A DNA stretch of 64,000 bases from Cirrosporium novae-zelandiae. Taxonomy: Eukaryota. Both the position numbers and the translations under genes were made by a program. Of the stretch, positions 11,211-21,940 are shown one piece after another. The stretch lies in NCBI GenBank assembly GCA_026023565.1, contig JAPETS010000006.1, positions 496,001-560,000 of the forward strand. The letters run 5' to 3'. The notes beneath the pieces are model-generated. The model was not told the DNA's origin. It saw only the letters and a program-made list of their open reading frames with translations, and did no database searches. Numbering within the stretch: the stretch's first letter is position 1; every line of letters begins with the position of its first letter.

Positions 11211-14200
11211 TCATACGCTCGCCCTCCTGGGCGGGACCGTCCTTCTCAACCCTTCTTCCTTCCCTTCCTCCTGCCCTTCAACCCCCCAAGGCAAGATCCC
11301 CTTCTCCTTCAACTGTCCTATAAACTCTTTACCGAATTTATAACCGACCTCGTAAATTTCATCAAACTTTCCAAAATCCAATGTCCCGTATGGATCGATT
11401 GGGGGTCTCATGTACATTACTCCGTTCATGTTCTTTGCCGCTTCTAAAGGAGAGATGGAACTGACGTAGGCAAGACGGGCTTGTATTTCGGATAGAGTGG
11501 GAGGATTTGGATGAGCAGAAAAGGGGTTAAAGCGGTTGCAAAATGCCCAGAAGCCGGACAGAGAGTCCCCGTAAGTCTGAGGGATAGTGTCATACATGGA
11601 ACCAACGTCAACTGCAAAAATAATGTCCGCCCCGAGAGATTTCATATGTGTGACTGTTAGGTTGTCGACATAGCCGCCGTCAAGGAGCATGTCACCCTCA
11701 TCACAGAGTGGAGGGAGGAGACCAGCCAGCGACATTGATGCACGGACATATCGCCATATGTAGCCTGATTTGTGGTACTCGCAACGTGATTTAGATATGT
11801 TGGTTGTGTTGCAGTAGAAATCAAGCCATGTATCTTCAATCTGGGAGTTCCCGAATGTTTTAAAGATCCCACGATTAAATTCGTGACCTGTCGTGTAGGA
11901 GGCAGAGGGATAAGTGAGATCAAGTGCAAATCGCCACAAACTTCCCATGCGGCCAGCAAATTTCTTAGCACGACCGTACATGGGCACAATATCGACATCG
12001 CGAGCATAGAGAGCTCCGATAAAAGCACCAATCGAGGTACCGCCAACTATATCGATAGGAATTCCTGCTTCTTCGAGCGCACGGATAACGCCTACATGAG
12101 AGATTCCACGAGCACCGCCGCCACCGAGGACAAGACCAATCGACTTACCACAAAGACGACGAGCGAGACGATGAAAGTCGGACTTGAACGGTGTTTCGGT
12201 GGAATAAAAGGGCATTTGACGAACTCGGCGCGAGGTGTACTTCTGGATCTCAGCTTGAAGAACTTGGACTCTTTGTTTAATAGCTATTCCAAGACGGTTT
12301 ATTTGAGGGTGGGCGGGTTCAGGGGTTGTACGGAAGGCCATCTGGATATGGTGGTGTCCACCATTGATCCATTCACGGTTTCGTAACCATTTTCGAGTCA
12401 ATCCTGGCGGGGAATAGCGTTCAACGTGGAGAAGAACTAATTCTTTTCTTGCAGTAGTCTTCTGTCCAAGGAGAAATCTCTCATACTCTCCTACACTTGG
12501 GGAAGCCTCAGCTAATCCAACTAGCAAGATACAATCTGCTTGTGCAATACAAGTTTGAGTCCACGGGGCATTGACATTAGTGTCGGCAATGTACAGTACC
12601 ATTCCGTATTTTTCTTCCAAATCAGTCAAGTACTGGGAGAGCTTCAGTTTCCCCATCTTGGAGAAGGCATGCCGTCCCATATGACTGAGGATAACGGCTT
12701 GATTAAGGGATGTCACACCATTTACAACCCCTATCTGAGTGAGAGCATTTAGCAATCGACCTCCAAACTCAACGACAGGGACTCCGGCAGTAATAGGAAG
12801 TATAGCAATAGTCCGAAGGTTGAGGGTACTGGATGCATTTTTGACAGTTGTAGATAGAGAGCCGTCGGATTCCCGAAGTGTTTCACGAACAGGGTCCTCG
12901 ATTAATGATCTCATTCTACGAGCAATAATCTTTGATATCTGGATGGTAATTCCAGGGTTCTCTAGGGCTAGACTATTGAACAATGTCTTGGGAAATTTTG
13001 TAAGTTCCGATTCGCGGATAGCATGGAGAGTCGCAGGTCGAGTTGATTCGGTTAGTACTTCAAGTTCTCCTACACTTTCTCCTTGACCAAATTCTCCAAC
13101 AGCTCTCATATCTCCACCTTTTTCCATTACAGCGCGAAGCCGACCATTGAGAACAATATATATTGCATCACTCTCGTCTCCTTGATGGTGAATGACTTCA
13201 CCAGCGTTAACTTGGATCCATTCAAGTGCAAAGTCAATGTGTAAGAGAAGTCGTGGCAAAAGGCTCGTCAATCTTTTTGCCATAGTGAGAAGAATCACTG
13301 GATATTTATCAACCATCCTTTCAAGAGATGCTCGAGGAAGAAATCCAACGTAAACGTCCGTTTTCGCCCGCACATCAGTAAATGATCGATACGAAGAGAT
13401 TGAGCCCACATATCCGGCCACGCCGCCCGGTTTAATCAGATACACGGTTTTTCGTGAGTGTTTCTTTTGCTCCTGGCCTAGCGGTCCTCCATATGAGGAT
13501 GACACCGAGCTTGCAGTACTGTGAAAGGAAGGTGGAGCTAGTTCATCTCGAGAATAGTTCTGAGCCAATTTTTCTCGATCCGAACTGTCAGAGGCTTTCT
13601 CATTTGACGGTATGCTGACATCAAGGAAGCCGTCAATAACATAATACAAACCCGGGTTTCTTTCACCCTGCTCCACCAAGACGGAGCCCTTCGGAAAGAA
13701 AACAATTTCAATGTCGCCTTTGACCTCATCGCTCAAACTAAGGCCATAAGAGGACCCAACCAGGCTAAAATTCGATGTCGAAGTTATAGATTCGGTTTCT
13801 CCGTCGGCTGAGGATTCTAATGGGTCCATGAAGCCAAACGCGTTACTAAAGACTGCCTTCTGTCTCCGCGAATCGTAAGATACGAGGCGCGGGGATTGTT
13901 CAACGGATGAAACTGGCCTCCTAATTGCATCTTGGGCATTCCCTAACCCAATAGCTTTGGAAATACAATTTAGAACCGATTCTCTAAATGCCGTATCTTC
14001 ATCAATAGAGTTCTGCCGACGAATCTGTTGCATGGATCCTCGGTTTGGTGGTACGAACCCCTGATTCTCAGTGCTTGTTAAAGGCGTTATGATATTTTTT
14101 TGTTCTGACATCTGGGGATGAGGCATGGTTATGCCAGAGAGTGTCGGAGGCGAAGCTCTTGATGCATACCTTGACAACTGGATATTCGACAACAAGTCCC

Positions 14201-15810
14201 CGGGACTAACAGCACTTCTATCGGCAGTCGCCGAGGTATTATCCATACGGGCCATGCTCAACTTCAGACGTGCTGCCTTCATCTTTGCATGAATTGCAGC
14301 CTCTTTCCTCATTGTAGCACTGGATCGTCTTCGGTTGGCATTTGGATTATGAAGAGCGATGCCCTTCATACCCTCTTCAGACCCAATTCTATCCTTTTCC
14401 TTTCTAAATTTATCCTTTAATCGCTCAAGCGCATCCCCTCTAAGATGGTTTGGTAAGTCATAAGTTGTAAACTGGTCCATTAGTTTCTCTGTCCGAAGAA
14501 CTTCGCTTGTTAGCCCCAGATATGTATGTGCGGTAGCGAAAGTAACACGCTGTAATCTCGTCAGGATAACCTGGACAATATGTGCGGTTGCCTTTGGATA
14601 GACCCTAGTAACTCTATGAAAAGCCGTTGCAGGGATAACGGCAATTGTAGTATCAACCATAGCTCTAGCAACAATGTCCGGGTGAACAGATTTTGGTTTC
14701 TTGGGCCTTTGCCTTGGCAGTTTTTTACCTTCTTGGTTCACAGTCTCCTCGTCTTGCTTTTCCTCCTTTGGGTCCAAATACATTGGCGGAACAGCCGGTA
14801 AGGTACCATGCGCTGAGGTATATGAAAAACGCCTGTTAGAAAATGTTCGATTGGGGCTCAGAGGAATTTTAGGACTGGCTGGACCAGAGGTTGGAGGCAT
14901 GTTTGCCATTTCGAAACTAGAAGAATTGGAAGAATGGTCTTCCTCCGAAAGACGCAACTTGACATCTTCTGTAAATAGGGAAAGAATAGAAAAGAGCGAC
15001 GACATAGGAGCACCATTTTTGACTTCCGTCAACAGTTGATAGCCTTGTTGCCCTGATTCATATTGTTCCCCTCCTTCATCAAAAACATTTCCTGCCCCTG
15101 GCATGGAGTCTAGGTCATTATTTTTCAGGTTCGATTTCACAAATATCTGCACCAAACCATCCACAACCAAGCAGAATCCTTTTTCTTCCTCGAGAAGCAA
15201 GGTTTCTCCGGCTATGAGCTTCCTTGTTTGCATTGTACGTGTCAACTCATGGAATACAGGTCTCTCCAAGTATCCAAACACTTTTATGGCACTTAAAAAT
15301 TCATCCAGGTAAGTCGCCAATCCAGGTTTCGAATCTCCTTCTTGTGTATCAGGGAATAGCTCGATTTGGGGCTCTTTTCGCTGTGGCTCTGGAGGTAACC
15401 GAGAGTACATATCGAGGAAACGGTATCGAACGATCCAGCTGACAATAGACACAACAACTAAGGTCACCATAAGACTGTAGCAGTCAGTAAAATTTCAGTA
15501 AAGCCATGGGAATAACATACACCGTAGTCGCGTTCATCGTGACTGTCAAGCTAGTTGAAAAGATAGTGAAAAGCCATGTTGGTAAGGTCATTGTGGAGAA
15601 AGTTATAACCCAGAACATGATTCGAGGGACAAGTTTGAGGATCGCAAAGATAAGTTTGAAAAATAGTAAAATAATAGATGTGTCTCCTTTCCCCGCCTTC
15701 TCAATGGTTGCGACTGCAGTAGCCTCCATGGTACTCAGAGCATTATTGACGCTCAAGCTCAAAGAGCTGGAGACGGCTGGGAGGGAGCTATCCAGAATGG
15801 AACTTGGCAT
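11211..15810 (-). CDS. NTE1: lysophospholipase NTE1 (neuropathy target esterase; cNMP-binding + patatin domains)
   Basis: Exon 15810-15521, intron 15520-15475 (GTATGT..CAG), then the 1419-aa ORF. N-terminal TM segments, cNMP-binding repeats, patatin motifs GGGARG, GTSIG and DGG. Confidence 0.96.
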
Positions 15811-16865
15811 GGTGAATTCGTAGACTGAAATCGAATTAGATGAGTTCGGTCATCTTTCAAGGAGCGACCTGGAAGAACCAGCCCGATGTTGGTGATAAAT
15901 CTATCTTCTAGAGCAAAGTGGTAAATTGGTAAACTAGTAAATTGGTAAATTGATACAGGTACAGCACGCATTGGCATATTTCCATGTGATTGGTGAGTGA
16001 CCTCGGCGGCTGATGACCGGAGGATCGGAATGTTAACACTACGGTGGACCGAAGAACCAGATGTGATGTCATGCCCTTAAATCTTTCTTAAAATTATAGT
16101 ACTGTGTATAATTTCTAAAGAAAGATATGCAAATTTACAGACATCCGACCTCCACCTTGCAATGATTATACACAAAGCCATTATCCATTTATGCAGTTGT
16201 GCTTATGTATAATAATGTAATATGCCTTCATGTTCATTCCTTCCAGTATTTTTGTGCTTGTGCTTTCAATCATCCTAGTGTTATATCAATATAAATTACC
16301 CTTTTTTCCATCGTCCTTTTCATCAGTTCTGTTGTAATAGGTCGTGCTTACATGGCCTTCGCTGGTTGGGTGATTTGCAATGCTAAATATCTGTGATATA
16401 CTCTTTATTACTCTTTGACACCCGTTAGCATAGGTATACCCCAAGCATGGCAGTTCAGACAGACTCAGCAAATGATAGCTTTTCAGCTATCCTTCATATT
16501 CTCTTCCAGTCTCGAGAGAGAAAGAGTCGTCTATAACCATTATCAAAAATAAGTACTTATCAGCTCAAGTAAACCAGGTAAAACCTCTTTCAAGCACAGG
16601 CCTAACAAAACATCATTATTCAAATAGGAGTACCCACTCGGTATAAAATATCATTCAAAAATTGTCCATATATTTCGCCTCTCATATTACCTAAGTAGCC
16701 AATGAAGCCATAAAACTCGGCAAACCCTTTCCACACCGCTTCGTTAATGAAACATTTGCCGAATGCAACTTTAACGTTGGATCAATTCTCTACTCTGTTT
16801 GCTTCGTTGTCCACTTCTCAATTCCACCCTACTCATAAGCCAAATAATCGTTATGTCTCATCAAC

Positions 16866-16947
16866 GGTGCAGTGGCAGAGTGGTCTAATGCGTGTGACTA
16901 GAAATCACATCTCTTCGGAGGCACTGGTTCAAATCCAGTCTGCATCG
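16866..16947 (+). tRNA. tRNA-Ser-AGA: tRNA-Ser (AGA), intronless, long variable arm
   Basis: Acceptor GGTGCAG/CTGCATC, D-arm TGGCAGAGTGGTCTAATGC, anticodon arm TGTGA-CTAGAAA-TCACA, variable hairpin CTC-TTCG-GAG, T-arm ACTGG-TTCAAAT-CCAGT. Confidence 0.95.
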
Positions 16948-17186
16948 AATATTTAATCCTCTTTAGGGGTCGAACATTTCTTTTTTTGATATTCCTTTTA
17001 TTAGCCCTACTTCCACAAAACCAAACAAAAATTTCAACATCCTTCCATACGGAGTTATTATCATTATTCTTGACACTACCTATTCCCTTTCCATACAAGT
17101 TCTTTCTAAATCCAGCCCTTTCTCTCCACCTTAATGTGTCCCGGCCTGAACCATAGCCACCTACCCTCAACGTACCTCTAGCAAAT

Positions 17187-17279
17187 AGGCGCATAATTCA
17201 GTGGTAGAACGCGCGCTTTACATGATCTACCAAATAGAGAGTGTCATGATTGCACGAGGTTGAATACCCAGCTGGTCCA
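17187..17279 (+). pseudogene. degenerate intron-containing tRNA (Ala-like body, anticodon now TAC)
   Basis: TA-ATTC-AGTGGTA-GAAC-G-CGCGC-TTTACA-[~28 nt intron]-T-GCACG-AGGT..TGAATA-CCCAG-CTGGTCCA. D and anticodon arms are recognisable, the 5' T-stem strand is missing and the acceptor stem does not pair. Confidence 0.55.
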
Positions 17280-17544
17280 AAATCCAATTCCTCAACCCCG
17301 TCAATGTTTATCTTTTATAATTTGATTGTTTTTGGATCTCTAGTTGGCATCACAAGCCTCTATCCGACGACAATTACCCGGGGATTAAGGTTTTGCCGCC
17401 ACGGCCCGAAAGAAAAAATTTTCCCGCTTGTTAAGGCTATTAGAACAAGATCCTTGTATCCTTCTCTTTCCTCTCGCCTATGCTTTTCTGGTGTTACACG
17501 ATACATAATTAATGATTTAAATGGGGAGCCTCCACAACAGAAAA

Positions 17545-17643
17545 GCCTCGTTAGCTCAATCGGCTCAGAGCGTGAGACTTTTAATAAGCCAGTCTTGACA
17601 GAAAAAAATCTCAAGGTTGGGGGTTCGAGTCCCCCACGAGGCG
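17545..17643 (+). tRNA. tRNA-Lys-TTT: tRNA-Lys (TTT) with ~24-nt intron (17584-17607)
   Basis: Acceptor GCCTCGT/ACGAGGC, D-stem GCTC/GAGC, anticodon arm TGAGA-CTTTTA[intron]A-TCTCA, T-arm GGGGG-TTCGAGT-CCCCC, downstream T-run terminator. Confidence 0.93.
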
Positions 17644-17871
17644 ACGCTTCGTTTTTATGCTTTTAATCTATCATGATTATTTTTATCATCTGGATTTCTA
17701 ATCTATCACCGAATTATCTATTATTTTTCATTGCCCTCCTTGGTTAGTTGATTCATGATTATGGCTAAATTCATCATCTACCTATGGTAGCAAGATATTC
17801 TTTTTGCTAACTAAAATAACGTATTAAAGATTGAACCAGAAACATACATGCAAGAGTACACGGTGCTCTGT

Positions 17872-19109
17872 TTAACATGAAAGCTCACTATTCCCAGAAG
17901 ATAATGCTACATTGTCGCTCATCCCAACTTTATGCATCGCCCAGAACATGTCAGATCGAGCATCAGAATCAAGATGGTGATATACAGCTTCAACGACCTG
18001 ATAGCCCCAGGTTTTGGACCACCAGTGTCTCCGTGAGCCGTGGAGAATGACGCCGTAATAAGCCAGTATCACAAGCGCCATGCGCTTTCTCTCCTTAAGG
18101 AAACATACGTACCGAGGATCAAGCATGGCAAGCCAGAGAAGCGTGAATGCCGGGTCGTCTGGGAAAATGGTCGTGGCTTCGAATGCTTTTGTTAAGAGTT
18201 GGATAGTTGAAGTGTAGATTGCTGTGGTTGCTTCATCGTCTATTGAGGCTTGGTTAGTAACTTCAAGACCCTCGAGGATGGAAGTGGTGTCTTGTGGTAG
18301 GGTTATTGATACACGCATGATTCCTAGACGGAGAAGGGGTTCCAACTTTCCCCGCGCGATCCATTCTCCGGCTGTCTTGGCTAAGGTATGCGACCCTCTA
18401 GCCAGCTCTGAGACCTTTAAGATTTCATCCACAGGTGGTGATGGTTCACCAGAGTATCCTGGGCATTGGGGAAATGCGAAGGCGAATATAGTGACTAGAT
18501 GGGAGGCGGTAAAGAGAGCATTACAGTTTTGAGGCGTGATATTATTCAGAAGAAGTCTAAAGTGGAAGAGCAAAGTATCCTGGTTCTTCATAGCTATATC
18601 GCCAAGGATTTTTTGACCATCGGGCTCGCTGTGTGCCAGGTGTAGAGCGGAGATAGCGAGGAGGCCATGCATCAGAAATGGATGTGCTAAGGCTTCTTTT
18701 GGAACCGTATCCTGCCATATTTGGGCGATGATAGATCGTTTAGACAATGTCAAACAGACTACAGTAGCATAATGGTGCATCAATCCTAGAGCTTGCAGGT
18801 TCAAACCTATTGGTGGTCGCCTTGAAGCGGTTGAGCGAATTGCTACCTGCTGTGATAGCAAGGACGTTTCCGAAGATGTTGACTGCCCATGTTTCGAGAA
18901 GCCATAGGAGCTTCGAATCCTTTGACAGTTACCACATATTGGTTTTTGACCATCACACTAGCCCAAGATTAAATCAGACTTAAGATACGAGCTATGATAA
19001 CTGGAACTCCAATAAGGATAGAAGGCGGAACGGTGGCTACCTTGACCTTTTGAAACTTGCATTGGATACATCCATGACGAGATTTAGTGTGAGGGCGTCT
19101 GGATAGCAT
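17872..19109 (-). CDS. Zn(II)2Cys6 transcription factor, Upc2/sterol-uptake-regulator-like family
   Basis: Exon 19109-19041 (MLSRRPHTKSRHGCIQCKFQKVK), intron 19040-18958, exon 18957-17872 (CDGQKPICGNCQR...LMHHY..HPFLMHGLLAISALH..ALVILAYY). Confidence 0.85.
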
Positions 19110-19464
19110 TAGTTGATCTGAAAATCAAATCATCACTTGTCACGCTGATTCCAAAATAACCGGGGCTCATAAACTCGGATCTTCACGTGTTGGGGATTAA
19201 AAGTGTGATGTAAAATATATATAGATTTGTAGAAGAAGTAGACTAGTTATATATTCCGCAACAACGGGAAAAAGAGTTTTCAGGTTTTCAAACAAAATCA
19301 GGTTTTGATAATGATTTAATTGAAAACCCTTTTTAAAGCCTAAAAAGTAAAGGTTAATTTTGTTTGAAAGCCTGTTGGCGATAAAAGGCTTTCGAGGACG
19401 CCTCGCATTGCCCTAATGTTCGATTATTGGGGTCTTTTGACTCAGTTAGTCTAGTACGTACTGT

Positions 19465-19565
19465 GATAATTTATCCGGGCCGAAGAACTCCCCATTCCGG
19501 TAAATTGATCGCTTAGATAATTAATTATCTTGTGTCGGTCCGGAGTCGGCTAATTAATTAGAGCC
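19465..19565. promoter_or_regulatory. palindrome and CGG-triplet cluster in the TF/RTA1 divergent promoter
   Basis: Perfect palindromes AGATAATTAATTATCT (19515-19530) and CTAATTAATTAG (19550-19561) flank CGGTCCGGAGTCGG. Further CCGG sites at 19475 and 19497. Confidence 0.35.
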
Positions 19566-19871
19566 GCATGGAGCTAGTCCTTAAATAGGAAAGGTGTACG
19601 AGATAATTAGACTAAACCCAGAAAAGCAGGGACTGAGTGGCCAACCCTCAAGTTATTGCTACTATATACACTGTCAACCATGCTTGCCTGCTTCATTTCA
19701 TATCCCAGCCATAATAGATTCTATAAAGATGGTCTCCTTTCCCTTTTCGTTTTCAAGCTTCTCTCGTTTCTCTCTCATCTAATATCTCTCACTTCTCAAA
19801 ACGTCACTTGTTCTCTCTTTCTCTTTTCTCATCACTTCTTTCACATTTACTAAATTTGAAATCCTGCCAGT

Positions 19872-20900
19872 ATGGCAGCTATTTGCAAATCGGCATGCTA
19901 TCGCTATGAGCCTTCGATGGTAGCAGCCGTCATCTTCATTTTTCTCTATTCTCTAACCACCTCTCTGCACTGCTACCAAATGACCCGAACCCACACATGG
20001 TATCTGATTCCTCTAGTAATCGGAGGATTCTGTGAGTATATATCAGCTTCTACAGCTCCCTGGCTAGCTAGACGCTGATATTGCCTCCAAAAGTCGAATG
20101 GGTGGGCTATATTGCCAGAGTAGCTTCCAGCCTCCAGTCCCCCGACTACACACTCGGTCCATACACCATCCAAACAATTCTCCTGCTAATCGCCCCTGCT
20201 CTCTTCGCAGCAAGTATCTACATGGAGCTAGGCCGCATTATCCTACTCACCTATGGCGAAGCCCATTCGGTGATCCGACAGAAATGGTTCACAAAAATCT
20301 TTATAGCAGGGGACGTGTTGGCATTTACCACACAAGCGATAGGTAAATCCAACCCCATTCCCCTACTACGCAAAGACATCTCACTACTCACACCATCCAA
20401 CCATAGGTGGTGGCCGAATGGCCATGAAATCCACCTCGGCCATCAGCACCGGCTCTCACATCGTTCTCGGCGGCCTTTTCATCCAAATAATTTTCTTCGG
20501 CCTATTCGTCACCGCTGCTCTCATATTCAACCTAAGAATTAACAAGAATCCGACCATGTGTTCTAGAGATGTACCGTGGCGCAAGCATCTCAAAGCTCTG
20601 TACGCGGCCAGTCTCCTAATAATGGTCCGCTCCATCTTCAGGGTTATGGAGTACACTGGGGGTAGAGATGGGTACCTCCTGGGACACGAAGTTTACATGT
20701 ACATCTTCGATGCGGTGTTGATGGTGGCAGTCATGGCTATCTTCAATTTCGTGCAGCCGAGCGAAGTTAATGCCTTGTTGTGTGGTGGGAGAGTAGCAAG
20801 TGAATTTATGGTGTACGAGGGATCTTCTTCTCGCCTGACGGGTGGCGACGATTATGGCCGTGGTGACATCAGATTTATTGAGGAAGGGCCGAGCTGCTAG
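19872..20900 (+). CDS. RTA1: RTA1-family lipid-translocating exporter (7-TM)
   Basis: Exons 19872-20031, 20094-20342 and 20407-20900. Motifs 'YRYEPS..AA.IF', 'LLLIAPALFAASIYMELGRII', 'TKIF..GDV', 'RSIFRV.EY', 'E.YMYIFDA'. The symbol denotes the family; orthology not established. Confidence 0.9.
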
Positions 20901-21260
20901 AAGCAAGAAAAGGCTAAATCAGCTTGATGATGATGATTTATTTTATTGTCTGTATGTCTCCTTTAGGCCGTGACGGACGTACCAAACCATATTTATACAA
21001 CTACCCTGGAACATTACGGAGATACACTACAACAACACCATGACTCCCAAAAATTTCCAGGGATATTTAGCGCCCTTCAAACCCTTCCAGTGAAACGTTT
21101 ATGTATATTACGGTTAGCATAGAGAAGCGCTGGTAAGCGCCATAAGGCGCTCGACGCACGTAGATATCTACCCCATTTCACTCTCCAGGGACCTAGTGTA
21201 GAGAATAATCATCATCATCACACACACACACAACTCAACAAGAAGAAAGGAAAGGGTATC

Positions 21261-21437
21261 TGTCAAGGAATAAGCTAAGCCTAAGCCCCTAGACCAAAAG
21301 GACGTGGATACCCGCTAGTTAACTAACGAGTGATCTAGAATAGCTTATATAACCTGGGCTGCGCCCTCACAGTATCTCAGTTCCAATAAATTAACCATAG
21401 CCCCAAACAAATTAACGTTGGATGCATTTAACTAACA
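21261..21437 (+). mobile_element. probable short solo LTR (~177 bp)
   Basis: A purine tract AGAAGAAAGGAAAGGG precedes TGTCAAGG. Internal TATATAA is followed by AATAAA, and the element ends CTAACA. No clear TSD. Confidence 0.4.
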
Positions 21438-21940
21438 GCTTTTTGGGGGGGGGGGGGGGTTTAGAAACAGATTCTTGACTTTGTTTCTTTTTTGTGGGTC
21501 CATCCATATTGCATGCATGCAGACTATCATCTATCACTCTGTATAGGTATAGGGTACAAGAAACTCGACTAGACTCGGCTATATACATGAACATATAGAG
21601 AAACGCTTTATCGTATCGGTACCAAACATTGGAAAGGAAAGCAGGTCTGTCTGCCTTGCGATTAACAGACAGAACTGAATTGAACTGGTTGTCCAAATCA
21701 AATCGAATCACCCACCCACCTGTCTTTCACTAAATATCTAATGATAATACAAGCTCCTCCTTTAAATAACACTAGCCAGAGACCTCCGTATACATGTTTT
21801 TTTTTAAAAAAAAAAACGCCCAACAAGTTTCGCAAATATTCCATCAGTAACTCGCACCCCCCTGTGTAGGCACAAAAAACCAGAAGCTCGTATATTATCA
21901 TTTCAGCGGTCATAATTTGTAATCATCAAAGTCACAGTGT

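Noticed and set aside
16008..16040. CTGATGA followed by a short hairpin, hammerhead-like
   Set aside because: No GAAA core after the stem and no closing helices.
17250..17666. 138-aa ORF (and antisense ORFs 16898-17194, 17360-17614)
   Set aside because: They overlap tRNA genes and are chance open frames.
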